Shown: positions 51,287-61,514, counted from the first letter of the stretch. The stretch: 64,000 nucleotides of DNA from Leptospiraceae bacterium (GCA_040217195.1 JAVJNR010000004.1:352001-416000), one strand, 5' to 3'. Notes: generated by a model from the sequence alone, not told the origin. Made by a program: numbers and translations.

Positions 51287-53518
51287 ATGAGAAACGAAAC
51301 CTCTACAGCAAAGATCCTGGCCTTTCTGCGAAGTAAAGCCGGGCAAAAAGTAAACTTAAAACAGCTGGTGAAAGAATTAAATTCTGCGGCAGAGAAAAGC
51401 CAAAAGAACAAATCCGGAAAAGCCAGAGACAAATCAAAGAACAAGCGAAATCAAAAAAACAGACCTGCCGGTATGCGATTCGAAGAGGATCCATCCATAG
51501 TAATGGCCGATCTGGAGTTGCTTGGACTACTTCAAAAATCTGGATCCTCTTATCTGGTAAAAAAACCATTCTCCCTGGAAGCAAAGATCTCTTTCAGTCC
51601 TAGCGGTCTGTATTTTGGCATGCCCTACGGAGCTGACTCGGAAGCCAGGGATCTATTCATTCCTCCGGCCCTGAGTGGACAGGCATTGCCCGGGGATCGG
51701 GTTAAGCTTAACCTTCTGGATCGAAAAAGATCCAGGTTTGAAGCAGAAGTCACTCAAATCGTTCACAGGGATCGCAAGTTTTATAGAATGAAAATTCTAT
51801 CCAGGCCCGTTAAGGACATTGTTCCTGGAGTATTACTGGATACCCAGGGGCAGCCAGGGGCTTGCTTCCCGGTACGTGGAATCGCCAACGATACAAAGAT
51901 TCGATTTAAACCAGACCGTATAGTTGTTGTTGAGTTATCCGGCAAAAGCGTTAAGCATCAAAACGCCTATTTCTTCGATGCTCGATTTGTGCGATTTGAA
52001 GAAGACACAGACTTTGACATCGATTTCCAGAGAATCCTTTTGAAGTTCGATCTGGACCCGGTTTATCCAGAGCTTCCGGTACCCATGGAAGGAATGCAAC
52101 TGGAGCCATCTACGGTTAGCGATTGGAGCCAGAGAAAAGATCTGCGAAATCTTTATACAATTACCATCGATGGAGCAGACTCTAAAGACTTTGATGATGC
52201 ATTGAGCCTGGAAATGCCGGCCGGTCGCAGAAAACCATACAAACTCTATGTTCATATCGCAGATGTATCCTATTTTGTAGAAAAGAACTCTCCTCTGGAT
52301 GAGGAAGCGAAAGCCAGAGCCACCTCGTATTATCTGGGAAACAGAGTCATTCCCATGCTGCCCCCATCCCTATCTGAAGAGTTGTGCTCTCTAGTAGCTG
52401 GCCAGAATCGATTGGCCTTTACTGCCTGTATGGAAATTGATCCGACCCGGGGCACAATATTAAAATCTGAATTCTTTACCTCCATTATTAAGGTGGACCA
52501 ACGTTACACCTACACTCAGGCAGAGGAATTGCTGGAGGGTAAGAAAGATCCAATACTGCCCGATCTATGGAAGCTAACTGAAAATCAGCGAAAGCAGCGC
52601 ATGAAAGAAGGCAGAGTGGACCTGACCATTCCAGAACCTAAATTTATTTTTGGCGATGATGATCAGGTAACCGAAATACAGATGAAGCCCAGGCTTCGCT
52701 CCAGTATGCTAATCGAAGAATGTATGCTATCTGCAAACATTGCTGTTGCTGCCTTTCTTAGAAAGAAGAAGGCGAATACATTGTATCGCGTGCATGAATC
52801 CATGAATGAAGAGAAACTGGGCACTCTGAATGCCTTCTTTGACATATATAAGATTCCTTTCAAACTACAAAGTACGGATCAAACAGATGTACAAAAAGCT
52901 CTACAGGCTGTGGATAAAAAGGGCCCACTGGAGTCTCGTATTTTCAATATGCTACTGCTTCGCTCCTTCATGCAGGCAGCCTACCGTCCCGAGCCTTCAG
53001 GACACTGGGGACTGGGCTTTGATGATTATGCTCACTTTACATCCCCAATTAGACGATATCCGGATCTGGTAGTACATCGATCCCTCAAAGCAGCCCTGAA
53101 ACGAAAGAAGCAACCTTATTCGGAAGAGGAAGTAGAGTTACTGGGAAGTCATACCAGTGATCAAGAACGTCGGGCCATGGATGCAGAGAGGGATGTATGG
53201 AAACTGAAGCTGGTGCGATATATTGAAAGCACCGGAAAAGAGGAGTTCACTGGTTTTCTCACAGGTTTTAGACCGGATCGAATTTTTCTGGAAATCGAAG
53301 AATGTCCGGTGGAAGGGATCGTTGAAGCCAGACATCTGACCAACGATACAGAACTTGTACTTCCGGATCCATTCTCGGTTTACATCAAGAAACTATCCAG
53401 GCCAGCTTTCCTGGGAGAGAGATGGCATCTTAAACTTGAGCGAGTGGACATAGAGCAGCTTCGATTACTATTCGTGCCGGTCTGGGGAAAAGAAAAAAGA
53501 GCGTTTGGAAAAGCCTGA
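51287..53518 (+). CDS. rnr: Ribonuclease R / RNase II family exoribonuclease
   Basis: TIDGADSKDFDDA, HIADVS, IEECML.AN, HFTSPIRRYPDLVVHR. Confidence 0.92.
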   Translation: MRNETSTAKILAFLRSKAGQKVNLKQLVKELNSAAEKSQKNKSGKARDKSKNKRNQKNRPAGMRFEEDPSIVMADLELLGLLQKSGSSYLVKKPFSLEAKISFSPSGLYFGMPYGADSEARDLFIPPALSGQALPGDRVKLNLLDRKRSRFEAEVTQIVHRDRKFYRMKILSRPVKDIVPGVLLDTQGQPGACFPVRGIANDTKIRFKPDRIVVVELSGKSVKHQNAYFFDARFVRFEEDTDFDIDFQRILLKFDLDPVYPELPVPMEGMQLEPSTVSDWSQRKDLRNLYTITIDGADSKDFDDALSLEMPAGRRKPYKLYVHIADVSYFVEKNSPLDEEAKARATSYYLGNRVIPMLPPSLSEELCSLVAGQNRLAFTACMEIDPTRGTILKSEFFTSIIKVDQRYTYTQAEELLEGKKDPILPDLWKLTENQRKQRMKEGRVDLTIPEPKFIFGDDDQVTEIQMKPRLRSSMLIEECMLSANIAVAAFLRKKKANTLYRVHESMNEEKLGTLNAFFDIYKIPFKLQSTDQTDVQKALQAVDKKGPLESRIFNMLLLRSFMQAAYRPEPSGHWGLGFDDYAHFTSPIRRYPDLVVHRSLKAALKRKKQPYSEEEVELLGSHTSDQERRAMDAERDVWKLKLVRYIESTGKEEFTGFLTGFRPDRIFLEIEECPVEGIVEARHLTNDTELVLPDPFSVYIKKLSRPAFLGERWHLKLERVDIEQLRLLFVPVWGKEKRAFGKA

Positions 53519-53548
53519 GATCAAGGCGATGAAGACCAGGGTACCCTG

Positions 53549-54877
53549 TCAGCCCATCATTGTGTAAGAAAGTAACATTACCAGTCCGTTGGTTACCATA
53601 TGCGCAAAGATGGCCGGAATCAGGCTTCTATTGTACTCTCGCAGAAGACAAAGTCCGGTTCCCAGCATAAATAAATATGGCAGGGCCACCAAACCCTGGG
53701 GATGCAATATCGCAAAAACGATTCCGGTCATAGGAGCGGCTGCCAGGATGGAGAAGTTCCGCCGGAGATAACCGTATAAAAATCCACGAAAAACAATCTC
53801 CTCCATGATTGGAGCCAGTACCACCGCCAGGATAAAAGCCATTACGAAATGATCCTGGAGAATAAATGCAATTGGATGGGCCTGCTCCACTGGATCGCTG
53901 GCTGATTGCTGCATCATGGCAACAGCCGATAGAATGCCTGCAGGAACAATAGCACACCATCCCAGAAAACCAATAAACAATTGATGCATTGGACGGTACT
54001 GCCAGTCTCCAAAAATCTTTCCCAGAGTATCCGGAGCGCTCTGGCGCATCACGTAGTAAAGGATGCCCAGTAGTAACAGAAAATGACCCAGAACCATGGC
54101 ATAGATTCTGAAATCCGCAGGGACAAACCCTCCCAGAATTGGTAGAAGAGCTGCTATTCCAAAGAAAGCCAGAATTGTACCTTCTAAAAGGACGCGAAAA
54201 TCAGCGGCAGGCAGACTTAATAATGCAATACCGAACTGTTGCACCGGTTTTTTACGAATGGCTGCGATGACGAAGATGAATCCCATGGTAAGCACACCCA
54301 GCATTCCGAATACAAAGAGTATCTGCAATCCGTAGGATTCGCCGGCTTGCCGATGAAGCTTTTCTCTTAATTCCTGAGCCGGTTCCGTTTTGCCTTGAAC
54401 CTGGTATTGTTTCAGCCGAACCAGATCGCCCACAGGAGTCTGGAATAGTCCTGCCTCAGGTCCCAGGGGAGTTTTATTTACATAGAGAGTTTGAAATTCA
54501 TCCTGTAGAACCCCAGCGCGGACGGTATATTTTTCGTAGTCGGCCCCCAGGTGAGCCAGTAGTACAGCGCACTGCGCATGATCCCGGGAACTGGAAGAGG
54601 TGGGAGCATCGCATATTTGCTCGATGGAATCGATGGAGTTTTTCCTAACTTCCTCCGGGTCCTGACTGTACTGCGCCGCTATCTCTGGAAGAATGGCATA
54701 GCTCACCTGGAGTTTGAAAAAGAATTCCATTTGCTGAGCGCGAAAGCGCTCTACCGAGTCGGCCGGTGGCTGGTGTTCCGCTCTCTGCCACAGAGAGACT
54801 ATGCCGGCCAAGAAAAGCACCGCAAAGGACAGGTTTCTCAAAAGGGGGCTTTCGGACTGTTTTTCTTTTTCGTCCAT
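53549..54877 (-). CDS. CPBP-family intramembrane glutamic endopeptidase
   Basis: PIMEEIVFRG, FAILH, HMVTN; multiple TM helices. Confidence 0.88.
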   Translation of the reverse strand: MDEKEKQSESPLLRNLSFAVLFLAGIVSLWQRAEHQPPADSVERFRAQQMEFFFKLQVSYAILPEIAAQYSQDPEEVRKNSIDSIEQICDAPTSSSSRDHAQCAVLLAHLGADYEKYTVRAGVLQDEFQTLYVNKTPLGPEAGLFQTPVGDLVRLKQYQVQGKTEPAQELREKLHRQAGESYGLQILFVFGMLGVLTMGFIFVIAAIRKKPVQQFGIALLSLPAADFRVLLEGTILAFFGIAALLPILGGFVPADFRIYAMVLGHFLLLLGILYYVMRQSAPDTLGKIFGDWQYRPMHQLFIGFLGWCAIVPAGILSAVAMMQQSASDPVEQAHPIAFILQDHFVMAFILAVVLAPIMEEIVFRGFLYGYLRRNFSILAAAPMTGIVFAILHPQGLVALPYLFMLGTGLCLLREYNRSLIPAIFAHMVTNGLVMLLSYTMMG

Positions 54878-54971
54878 CTACGGAGGTCATATTTCGAGCC
54901 TGCCCTATTTTGACAATTCGAACCTGTTTAGTCTCGGCCGCGGCTGCAGCCAGGCTGCCCGGTCAGGAAAC

Positions 54972-56090
54972 TCAGTTTATGGCCCGCAGCAATGATCTTA
55001 GAGCAGCCCTCAAGCAGGTTTGGCCTTCAAGTAAAGAGCCAGAAGGCAAAGTCCATCCCTGTTGGGCCTGTATTAGATCTGATAAGGCGTGCCGATGAGC
55101 TCCGTGGCTTCGATTACTGCTTTCAGATTTCTGCCATATCTTGATCCGGGGTCCTGAATTCTGCCCGGTAGCTGGCTTTGTTTCAGCGACAGACCTCAAA
55201 ATGGGCCCACCGCCCTGTTCAGACCAGGAGCGGATCAAACTGTCATGGTAATTCTGGTCGATTAACAGCCCCCAGACAAAGCAGCCAGATGCGGCGGCCT
55301 GATACAGACTCAGTCCGTAGTAGCCCAGAAAAAAATCGGCCGAATGAAGAAGTGTATGAAATTGCGAGTCAGTCAGTCTCTGCCGGTAATCAATGCCTGT
55401 CATCGGAGCTGTGCCGCCCACTCGTATGTAGCTGCGAAAGGATGTCTGAAATAATCTGTCCAATGTCTCCAGAAGTACTGGCGAAATAAAACCCGGAGCT
55501 CCTGCATAAAAAAGCATCTCCACTGGTCGGGCCTCAGCCCGGGACGATGCAGCGGTACTTTCTGGGCCGTTTCCGGCGGGATCTATCTTTACGGCCTGCT
55601 TTATAGCAGAGTCAGTCGTTTGAATCCCCGCCGGGCCCAGATATCTTCGAACAGAGGATTCTAGATTACAGCCAGGCAATAAAACGTCGTAGTAATAACA
55701 GGGATAGTTCTTCCCGGAACCGCTGGAATGCACAACCCGGCTTAATCCGGATTCTTGTTGGCTCCGGGATTTCCGGTGGGAACTGAAATTGTCCAGAGCC
55801 AGAACCGGGGCAAACGGCAGGATTGGTGCAGGATCCAGATCCCTGGCATCCATAAGAACTATGCTACTGCCACCAGAGGCATTGGTTTGCAGTCTGCACA
55901 GAAAATCTGCACCTTCTTTCTGCCAGAATTCTTCCGGAGCAGATAGTACGGAGATCAAATCAATTCTAAAATCGGAAAGTGCGGTTTGAATGTATGAGGA
56001 GCGGGCCAGATGACCGGAACCGTAAATCTCAGGCGCTGTGCCGCTTAGCAAATAGATGTGCCGGAAATCGTCTCTGTTGAATGTCTGCAT
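54972..56090 (-). CDS. SpsG/PseG-like glycosyltransferase-fold protein (divergent)
   Basis: YGSGHLARS N-terminal motif; G.SLYQAAASG; follows the SpsF-like gene. Confidence 0.55.
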   Translation of the reverse strand: MQTFNRDDFRHIYLLSGTAPEIYGSGHLARSSYIQTALSDFRIDLISVLSAPEEFWQKEGADFLCRLQTNASGGSSIVLMDARDLDPAPILPFAPVLALDNFSSHRKSRSQQESGLSRVVHSSGSGKNYPCYYYDVLLPGCNLESSVRRYLGPAGIQTTDSAIKQAVKIDPAGNGPESTAASSRAEARPVEMLFYAGAPGFISPVLLETLDRLFQTSFRSYIRVGGTAPMTGIDYRQRLTDSQFHTLLHSADFFLGYYGLSLYQAAASGCFVWGLLIDQNYHDSLIRSWSEQGGGPILRSVAETKPATGQNSGPRIKIWQKSESSNRSHGAHRHALSDLIQAQQGWTLPSGSLLEGQTCLRAALRSLLRAIN

Positions 56091-56835
56091 TTATCTGGAA
56101 AATCTCCGGTTGCTCGGTCTGCAAATCCAGCAGGTCTTCCGTTGAGAAATGGGAACCCAGCTCCCGGAAAACGGATTGGACCACCAGGAAATCCTTTTCT
56201 TCGTCCACGGTCAATCGCATGGATGCGGCGCGCGCCGGTAATCCGGACGGCTCAATCACCACACGATAATGCTCTGGATGATGCTTTATGTGCAGACTAA
56301 CATGCTCCCGATATTCAGCAGGATCCATTTCTTCTGGACCATGACTGCATTCCAGACTGGACGCTTTGAATACTTCTACAGCGCAGCCAAGAGGCAGGCC
56401 ACCAAAAGCGAACAGGTCTGCATCCAGTTCCTGAATTCGATGGACACTTTTCCGCGCAAATCCTGGATCCACGCATGGATTGTCGGCAGTGGCTCGAACG
56501 ATGTATCTTGCACCGGTAACCCTGGCTGCCAGTGAGTAACGGGCTCGCACATCTTCCAGCGGACCTGCAATGAATGAAATCGATTTGCTTTCCAGAAACT
56601 CCTGCATGGGTGCATCATCATGGGGTATCAATGCATAGACTGGACCAATGCTGGCTTCTTCCAGACGATGAATGCAATGTTCTAGAATGGAAAATGCAGT
56701 GATGGAGCTGTCGCCAGCCAGGCTGGACTCAGAAGGAGCCCCCTCGGAAGAAACAATCTGGCGAAATACCTTTCCCGGAAGCCGATGCGAACCGGATCTA
56801 GCCTGAATAAGACATACTGTATCCGGAGTTTTCAT
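56029..56835 (-). CDS. SpsF-like cytidylyltransferase
   Basis: IQARSGSHRLPGK, DVRARY, RATADNP, REHVS, RLTVDE..D. Confidence 0.88.
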   Translation of the reverse strand: MKTPDTVCLIQARSGSHRLPGKVFRQIVSSEGAPSESSLAGDSSITAFSILEHCIHRLEEASIGPVYALIPHDDAPMQEFLESKSISFIAGPLEDVRARYSLAARVTGARYIVRATADNPCVDPGFARKSVHRIQELDADLFAFGGLPLGCAVEVFKASSLECSHGPEEMDPAEYREHVSLHIKHHPEHYRVVIEPSGLPARAASMRLTVDEEKDFLVVQSVFRELGSHFSTEDLLDLQTEQPEIFQINADIQQRRFPAHLFAKRHSA

Positions 56836-56898
56836 AGTTCACCTGCCGGCCGAGCCGGCTAAGGTACTTATCGATCAAAAAAGCAGAAGGGATTACCC

Positions 56899-58458
56899 TC
56901 AACCTTGAAATAAATACCATTCATCACACTTCATGCAGGGAGCTGAAATCTGATCATGCTGCCCTTGCATGGAATAAATATAGGCCTCTTTGTGATTCTG
57001 AAAAGCCTGCTGAATGTTCAGCTCAGTCCCGCCACCCAGTGGATCCTGTCTGCATATGGGAATCTTTCCATCAGAATTGATATAGATGTCCCGGGCAAGA
57101 TGCCAGCAAAATCCACGGATGGGCGGAGTTAAATCCGCAACCTTGCGATCTTCCAGAACACCGGCATAAGTGTTTAGTTTTCTCAAAATTGGAGTAAAGA
57201 CAGTTGGGTCGTATTTCTGAAAGAACTCATGTATTTCATCTTCCACTTCCTGGATTTTTTGCATCTCCAGATAAACGGAAAAACCGGGCCCCCTATTCTG
57301 CTTCAGGTAGTCTTCCAGAATATCCAGCTGCGAAAGAACTTTGCTTAGACTGCCATTCTCATAGAAATACTCATACCGATCTGAGCGAAGACTGCAAAAC
57401 CGAACAATAAAGCTCAGTCCTGATTCGGTCCGAGCTTCCATTGCTTCTTTAGAATTGGATTGAAGGTACTGAATCCAGGTGCTGAAATCGTAGCCATAGG
57501 TTTCCACAATAACCTGCTTCACCGAAGGATGTCCCAGGAGTTTTAAAGCAAAGTCCGGAGCCCCGGCATCGCTTCCGGAATCACCCAGCCCCCCAAGACA
57601 AACCGTTACATCATTGGGCAACATAGAATCCAGATCTTTCAGAACCCGAGCACGGTCCTTTTCGCCCAGAGTTCCGCTTCCAGGCGGTAAAATCAATTTA
57701 TCGCGCACGGGTGACTGACTGCAGAGTTCTATTTCAAGATAGGAAGGTGATAGTCGAATAATATCCGGTTCCTTCCTAATGAGCTGATCCAGACCCTTCA
57801 GATCACGAGGTAGCGAATTTCTGGACAATCCTTCAGCCACACTTTTACACAGAGAAATGGAACGATGACTCAATCCATTGAATTCCAGGCGATGAATGCG
57901 AAGATCCGGCTGGTAGAACGCCACCTCTGCATCCAGCTCATGGAAATTCTTGAATACAAAGCTGCGAATATCCGATTCGGGCTTTTTTTCCAGTTCAAAA
58001 AGTTCAGCTGAAATATAATCCGGGCTGAGTCCCAAAGGTACATTTTCCGCATAAGTGTAGCTGCTTAGAAACTCAACATGTCTATGAAGAAGATCAACGG
58101 AAAGTTCTAAATCCAGCAGCGGAAACAGGCCATGAAAAAAGGCATAGGTTTCCATTCTGGCATCCAGGTCTTCCACCGGAAGGTCCGGTTTCGCCAGAAT
58201 GGTTTTTAACGCTTCATAGGGCTCATTGGAAAGGTCCAGGATTTCCAGGGAGTCCTTTTCTTTCAGGGATGATAGTATGCTATGCTTGCGAACCAGGATG
58301 CGCGGATTGACAATGCGAATTCCCAGGTCCTGGGCGGATGCATTTAATTTATCAGAAAGCTCATTGAGATTCTTGAGACTTGTATCTAGAACTTCAGCTG
58401 CGGATTCTGGTAATGAGTCCGGCAGATGGATGTAGAAGCCGGTAAGCCTGGGATTCAT
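56899..58458 (-). CDS. Spiro-SPASM protein (degenerate radical-SAM fold + SPASM)
   Basis: YTYAENVP.G, DLR..RL, CWHL.RD..I..DG..PICRQD, CMKCDEWY; lacks CxxxCxxC. Confidence 0.8.
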   Translation of the reverse strand: MNPRLTGFYIHLPDSLPESAAEVLDTSLKNLNELSDKLNASAQDLGIRIVNPRILVRKHSILSSLKEKDSLEILDLSNEPYEALKTILAKPDLPVEDLDARMETYAFFHGLFPLLDLELSVDLLHRHVEFLSSYTYAENVPLGLSPDYISAELFELEKKPESDIRSFVFKNFHELDAEVAFYQPDLRIHRLEFNGLSHRSISLCKSVAEGLSRNSLPRDLKGLDQLIRKEPDIIRLSPSYLEIELCSQSPVRDKLILPPGSGTLGEKDRARVLKDLDSMLPNDVTVCLGGLGDSGSDAGAPDFALKLLGHPSVKQVIVETYGYDFSTWIQYLQSNSKEAMEARTESGLSFIVRFCSLRSDRYEYFYENGSLSKVLSQLDILEDYLKQNRGPGFSVYLEMQKIQEVEDEIHEFFQKYDPTVFTPILRKLNTYAGVLEDRKVADLTPPIRGFCWHLARDIYINSDGKIPICRQDPLGGGTELNIQQAFQNHKEAYIYSMQGQHDQISAPCMKCDEWYLFQG

Positions 58459-58459
58459 T

Positions 58460-59440
58460 CTACAATCTCTGAATTGTGAGCTCTTCTTTTTGTTTTTTCA
58501 TCCATTCATCGAAGGCTTTCTCTGCCATGTCCATATACAATCTTCTTTCAATTAAGGCTCTAACCTCATCCAGAGGGATGGGTCTTTTTGCCTGAAGATA
58601 AACGATTCTATAACGTCCGGCCTGATCGCGAAAGATTTGCGAAAGCTGACCGGCTCGCATGTTGTACAGAACGCCTGCAAGAATCCGATCTTCTTCAGCT
58701 ATGGCCTGTATCTCTTCCCAGTTACGCAAGCCTCCTGCGAATTTGTAGGGAGAGACATTTTCGGGCAAAGAGCGTGCTACGGCGGCGAAGTTACCAGGGT
58801 TACTGGATAGCTGCTGATGAATCTGCTTTGCCTTCTGGGAAATTTTTCTTTCCTCACTGATGTTTGGTGTGAATGGAAATACGATTTCTCTATATAAGAA
58901 TTCCATTCCAATCTGGCGCTGATTCTTTCTGTAAAAGTCTTCCACTTCTTTCGCCGATGGCTGGGGCACAGAAACCATAATCTGTAGTATCTGCTGTCGA
59001 ATCAGACTGATTCGCATGGTATCTTTCCAGACCTCAAAAGGCATTCCGGTTTCTTTTTTGATCATCAACTGAAATTCTTCTTCGGTCTCTATGGATCTGG
59101 CCCGCATCTGATTGGTCATTTCAGTCTGAATACGTGCATCGCTTACTATGATGGACTCTCTACGTGCCACTCGCTCAATGATGGCTCGTTCGATTAACTC
59201 TTCGATCGCTGCTTCACGTTTGGACACTCTCAAGTTCTTGCGCAAATACTGGATATTCTTCTCCATCTGCGCAATGTCCAGATCGGTGATCGGCTCATCG
59301 CCTACAATCAATCGAATCCTGTTAATGGTTTCCCCTGGAGCCTGCTCCACGCTGGCCGGAGCTTCTGCAACCGCTGCTGTGGAAATAATTAACCCCAGAA
59401 GCAAAGTGATTATTCTGATTCTATTCATATCGTTTCTCAA
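58460..59440 (-). CDS. SurA-like periplasmic peptidyl-prolyl isomerase/chaperone
   Basis: Signal peptide, INRI..IVG.EPIT..D, parvulin-like F...A...S...GG.L. Confidence 0.75.
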   Translation of the reverse strand: MRNDMNRIRIITLLLGLIISTAAVAEAPASVEQAPGETINRIRLIVGDEPITDLDIAQMEKNIQYLRKNLRVSKREAAIEELIERAIIERVARRESIIVSDARIQTEMTNQMRARSIETEEEFQLMIKKETGMPFEVWKDTMRISLIRQQILQIMVSVPQPSAKEVEDFYRKNQRQIGMEFLYREIVFPFTPNISEERKISQKAKQIHQQLSSNPGNFAAVARSLPENVSPYKFAGGLRNWEEIQAIAEEDRILAGVLYNMRAGQLSQIFRDQAGRYRIVYLQAKRPIPLDEVRALIERRLYMDMAEKAFDEWMKKQKEELTIQRL

Positions 59441-60387
59441 TTCGTTTGGCCAGAAAAGCTCAGGGGCATTTCCAGAGAATTCTCCTCCAGCCGTTGAAGA
59501 GCTCGAAAAAGGGATTCTGGTTCCCTTTCGGTAAGGTATGGGCGGCGCTCTTCCGGGGCAAGAAAATCCAGGTAACGACTCAGATGTTTTCTAAAGATGA
59601 AAAGTCCCTGAAAACCGTGAAAATTGAGGCTGAGCTCCAGATGGGTCCTGGCCGCCTGGATTTTATCCCGGGCTGTGAATTCCTGTTCTGAAAAGACAAA
59701 TGGATTGCCAATGCTGGCCCGGCCAATAAGCACTCCGGCCAGTCCGTGGCTTTCTTTGAACTGGCAAGCCCCGTGATAGCTACCAATATCTCCATTTCCG
59801 AATACAGGTATGGACAACTCTCCGGCCAATAGACTTGCAGGCTCATGTCTGGCCATTCCCCGGTACCCCTGGTTAGCTGTCCGCCCATGCACCGAAAGAG
59901 CACAGGCACCGCTGGCTTCCAGGATACGTCCCACTTCCAGGAAATTCAGCGAGTCATCATCCCAACCCAGGCGTATTTTTGCACTCACCGGAAGATCACT
60001 TTCCTTTCTCATGATCTCAATCAATTCTCCGGCTCTTTGCGGATTTCGCAGCAGGCCTGCCCCGGCACCTTTCATGGCCACCCGATTGACGGAACATCCC
60101 ATGTTCAAATCCAGGCGATCGGGCTCCAGGGGCCGCAGTATCTGAACTGCTTTCTTTATGGATTCCGGTTCGCTACCAAAAATCTGAAATACAATGGGCC
60201 TTTCTTCTTCCGTGAATTGATATAGCTTCAGTGTTTCTGGATTACCGGAAGCAAGGAAGTCTGCACTGCCAAACTCCGTAAAACAGAAATGAGCCCCGAA
60301 ACGGCGGCTCATTATTCTTCCTGGACTGTCAGATACCCCGGCCATGGGAGACATGGCCAGCCAGCCAATGTCAGCTTGCTCGCTCAT
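59437..60387 (-). CDS. dusB: tRNA-dihydrouridine synthase (DusB-like)
   Basis: PMAGVSD, DLNMGC, KIRLGW, VHGRT, GNGDI, IGR; start placed at MSEQAD, overlapping the carA stop. Confidence 0.88.
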   Translation of the reverse strand: MSEQADIGWLAMSPMAGVSDSPGRIMSRRFGAHFCFTEFGSADFLASGNPETLKLYQFTEEERPIVFQIFGSEPESIKKAVQILRPLEPDRLDLNMGCSVNRVAMKGAGAGLLRNPQRAGELIEIMRKESDLPVSAKIRLGWDDDSLNFLEVGRILEASGACALSVHGRTANQGYRGMARHEPASLLAGELSIPVFGNGDIGSYHGACQFKESHGLAGVLIGRASIGNPFVFSEQEFTARDKIQAARTHLELSLNFHGFQGLFIFRKHLSRYLDFLAPEERRPYLTEREPESLFRALQRLEENSLEMPLSFSGQTN

Positions 60388-61480
60388 GCTTCTGATAATA
60401 CTGGTCCACAAGTTGGAAGAAATCCGAGAACATATGCGCCGAGTCATTGGGACCTGGACTTGCTTCAGGATGATGTTGTACCGTAATCAGATGCGAATCA
60501 TCGTTGTAGAATCCTTCGATGGTCTGATCATTTAGATTCAGATGCGATATGTTCAGGTTCTTTTCGCTTTCATTTGCTTCTACCGCGAATCCATGGTTCT
60601 GAGCAGTAATCTCAACCTTACCGCTTTTCATCTCTTTGACCGGTTGGTTACCACCACGATGACCAAACTTTAGTTTGTAGGTTTTCCAGCCTCGGGCCAG
60701 GCCTATGATCTGGTGGCCCAGGCAAATACCAAAAACTGGCTTCCCGGTACCGAGGATCTTGCGTGCGGTTTCTACACCGTAGGAAACCGGCTCAGGATCT
60801 CCGGGGCCATTGGATAGAAAGAATGCATCGAATTTCTCCAGATCATCCATGGAGGCACTGGCAGGAAAGACATGAACTTCAAAACCACTTTCATTTAGAT
60901 AGCGAAGAATGTTTGTCTTAACTCCAAAGTCTACGACAGCGATTTTGTATTTACCGCCCTTTTCGCCGTACACATAGGGCTTTTCCGTGCTTACTCGGGA
61001 CACCAGATCCAGGCCCAGCATGGAAGGAATGGAACGGACCTTTTCCAGAAGCTCTTCCGAGTATTTTTTTCCCGGGAACAGACCACCACGCATGGCTCCT
61101 TCATTTCTCAAGGTCAGGACCAGCTTTCTGGTATCGATCCTCTCGATTGCAGGAGTGTCTTGCTCAATCAAATACTCTTCCAGGGTCTTCTGGGCCATGT
61201 GATTGGATGGATGGTTTACGTATCGCTTTACTATGAGCGCTTCTGCCTGAATCTTACTGGACTGGCTGTAGTCCGGGTGTACGCCGTAATTTCCGATCAT
61301 TGGATATGTAAGAGTTACCAGCTGTCCGGAATATGAGGGATCTGTAAGTATTTCCTGGTACCCGGCCATGGAAGTGTTGAAGCAAACTTCGCCCAGGGAT
61401 TCCCGGGATGAACCGAAGGAATAGCCTTCGAAATAATCTCCATTTTCTAGAACAAGGACAGCGGGAGTTTTTGAGCTCAT
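60371..61480 (-). CDS. carA: Carbamoyl-phosphate synthase small subunit
   Basis: GYQEILTDPSY, SNGPGDP, GICLGHQ, GHRGGNQPV, QHHPEASPGP. Confidence 0.97.
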   Translation of the reverse strand: MSSKTPAVLVLENGDYFEGYSFGSSRESLGEVCFNTSMAGYQEILTDPSYSGQLVTLTYPMIGNYGVHPDYSQSSKIQAEALIVKRYVNHPSNHMAQKTLEEYLIEQDTPAIERIDTRKLVLTLRNEGAMRGGLFPGKKYSEELLEKVRSIPSMLGLDLVSRVSTEKPYVYGEKGGKYKIAVVDFGVKTNILRYLNESGFEVHVFPASASMDDLEKFDAFFLSNGPGDPEPVSYGVETARKILGTGKPVFGICLGHQIIGLARGWKTYKLKFGHRGGNQPVKEMKSGKVEITAQNHGFAVEANESEKNLNISHLNLNDQTIEGFYNDDSHLITVQHHPEASPGPNDSAHMFSDFFQLVDQYYQKHERAS

Positions 61481-61486
61481 GATGTC

Positions 61487-61514
61487 AGGATACCGCTATT
61501 TCGCCCCCTGTCAA
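61487..61514 (-). promoter_or_regulatory. sigma70 promoter of carA, leaderless
   Basis: Minus strand TTGACA-N16-TATCCT-N6-ATG(61480); no SD. Confidence 0.65.
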
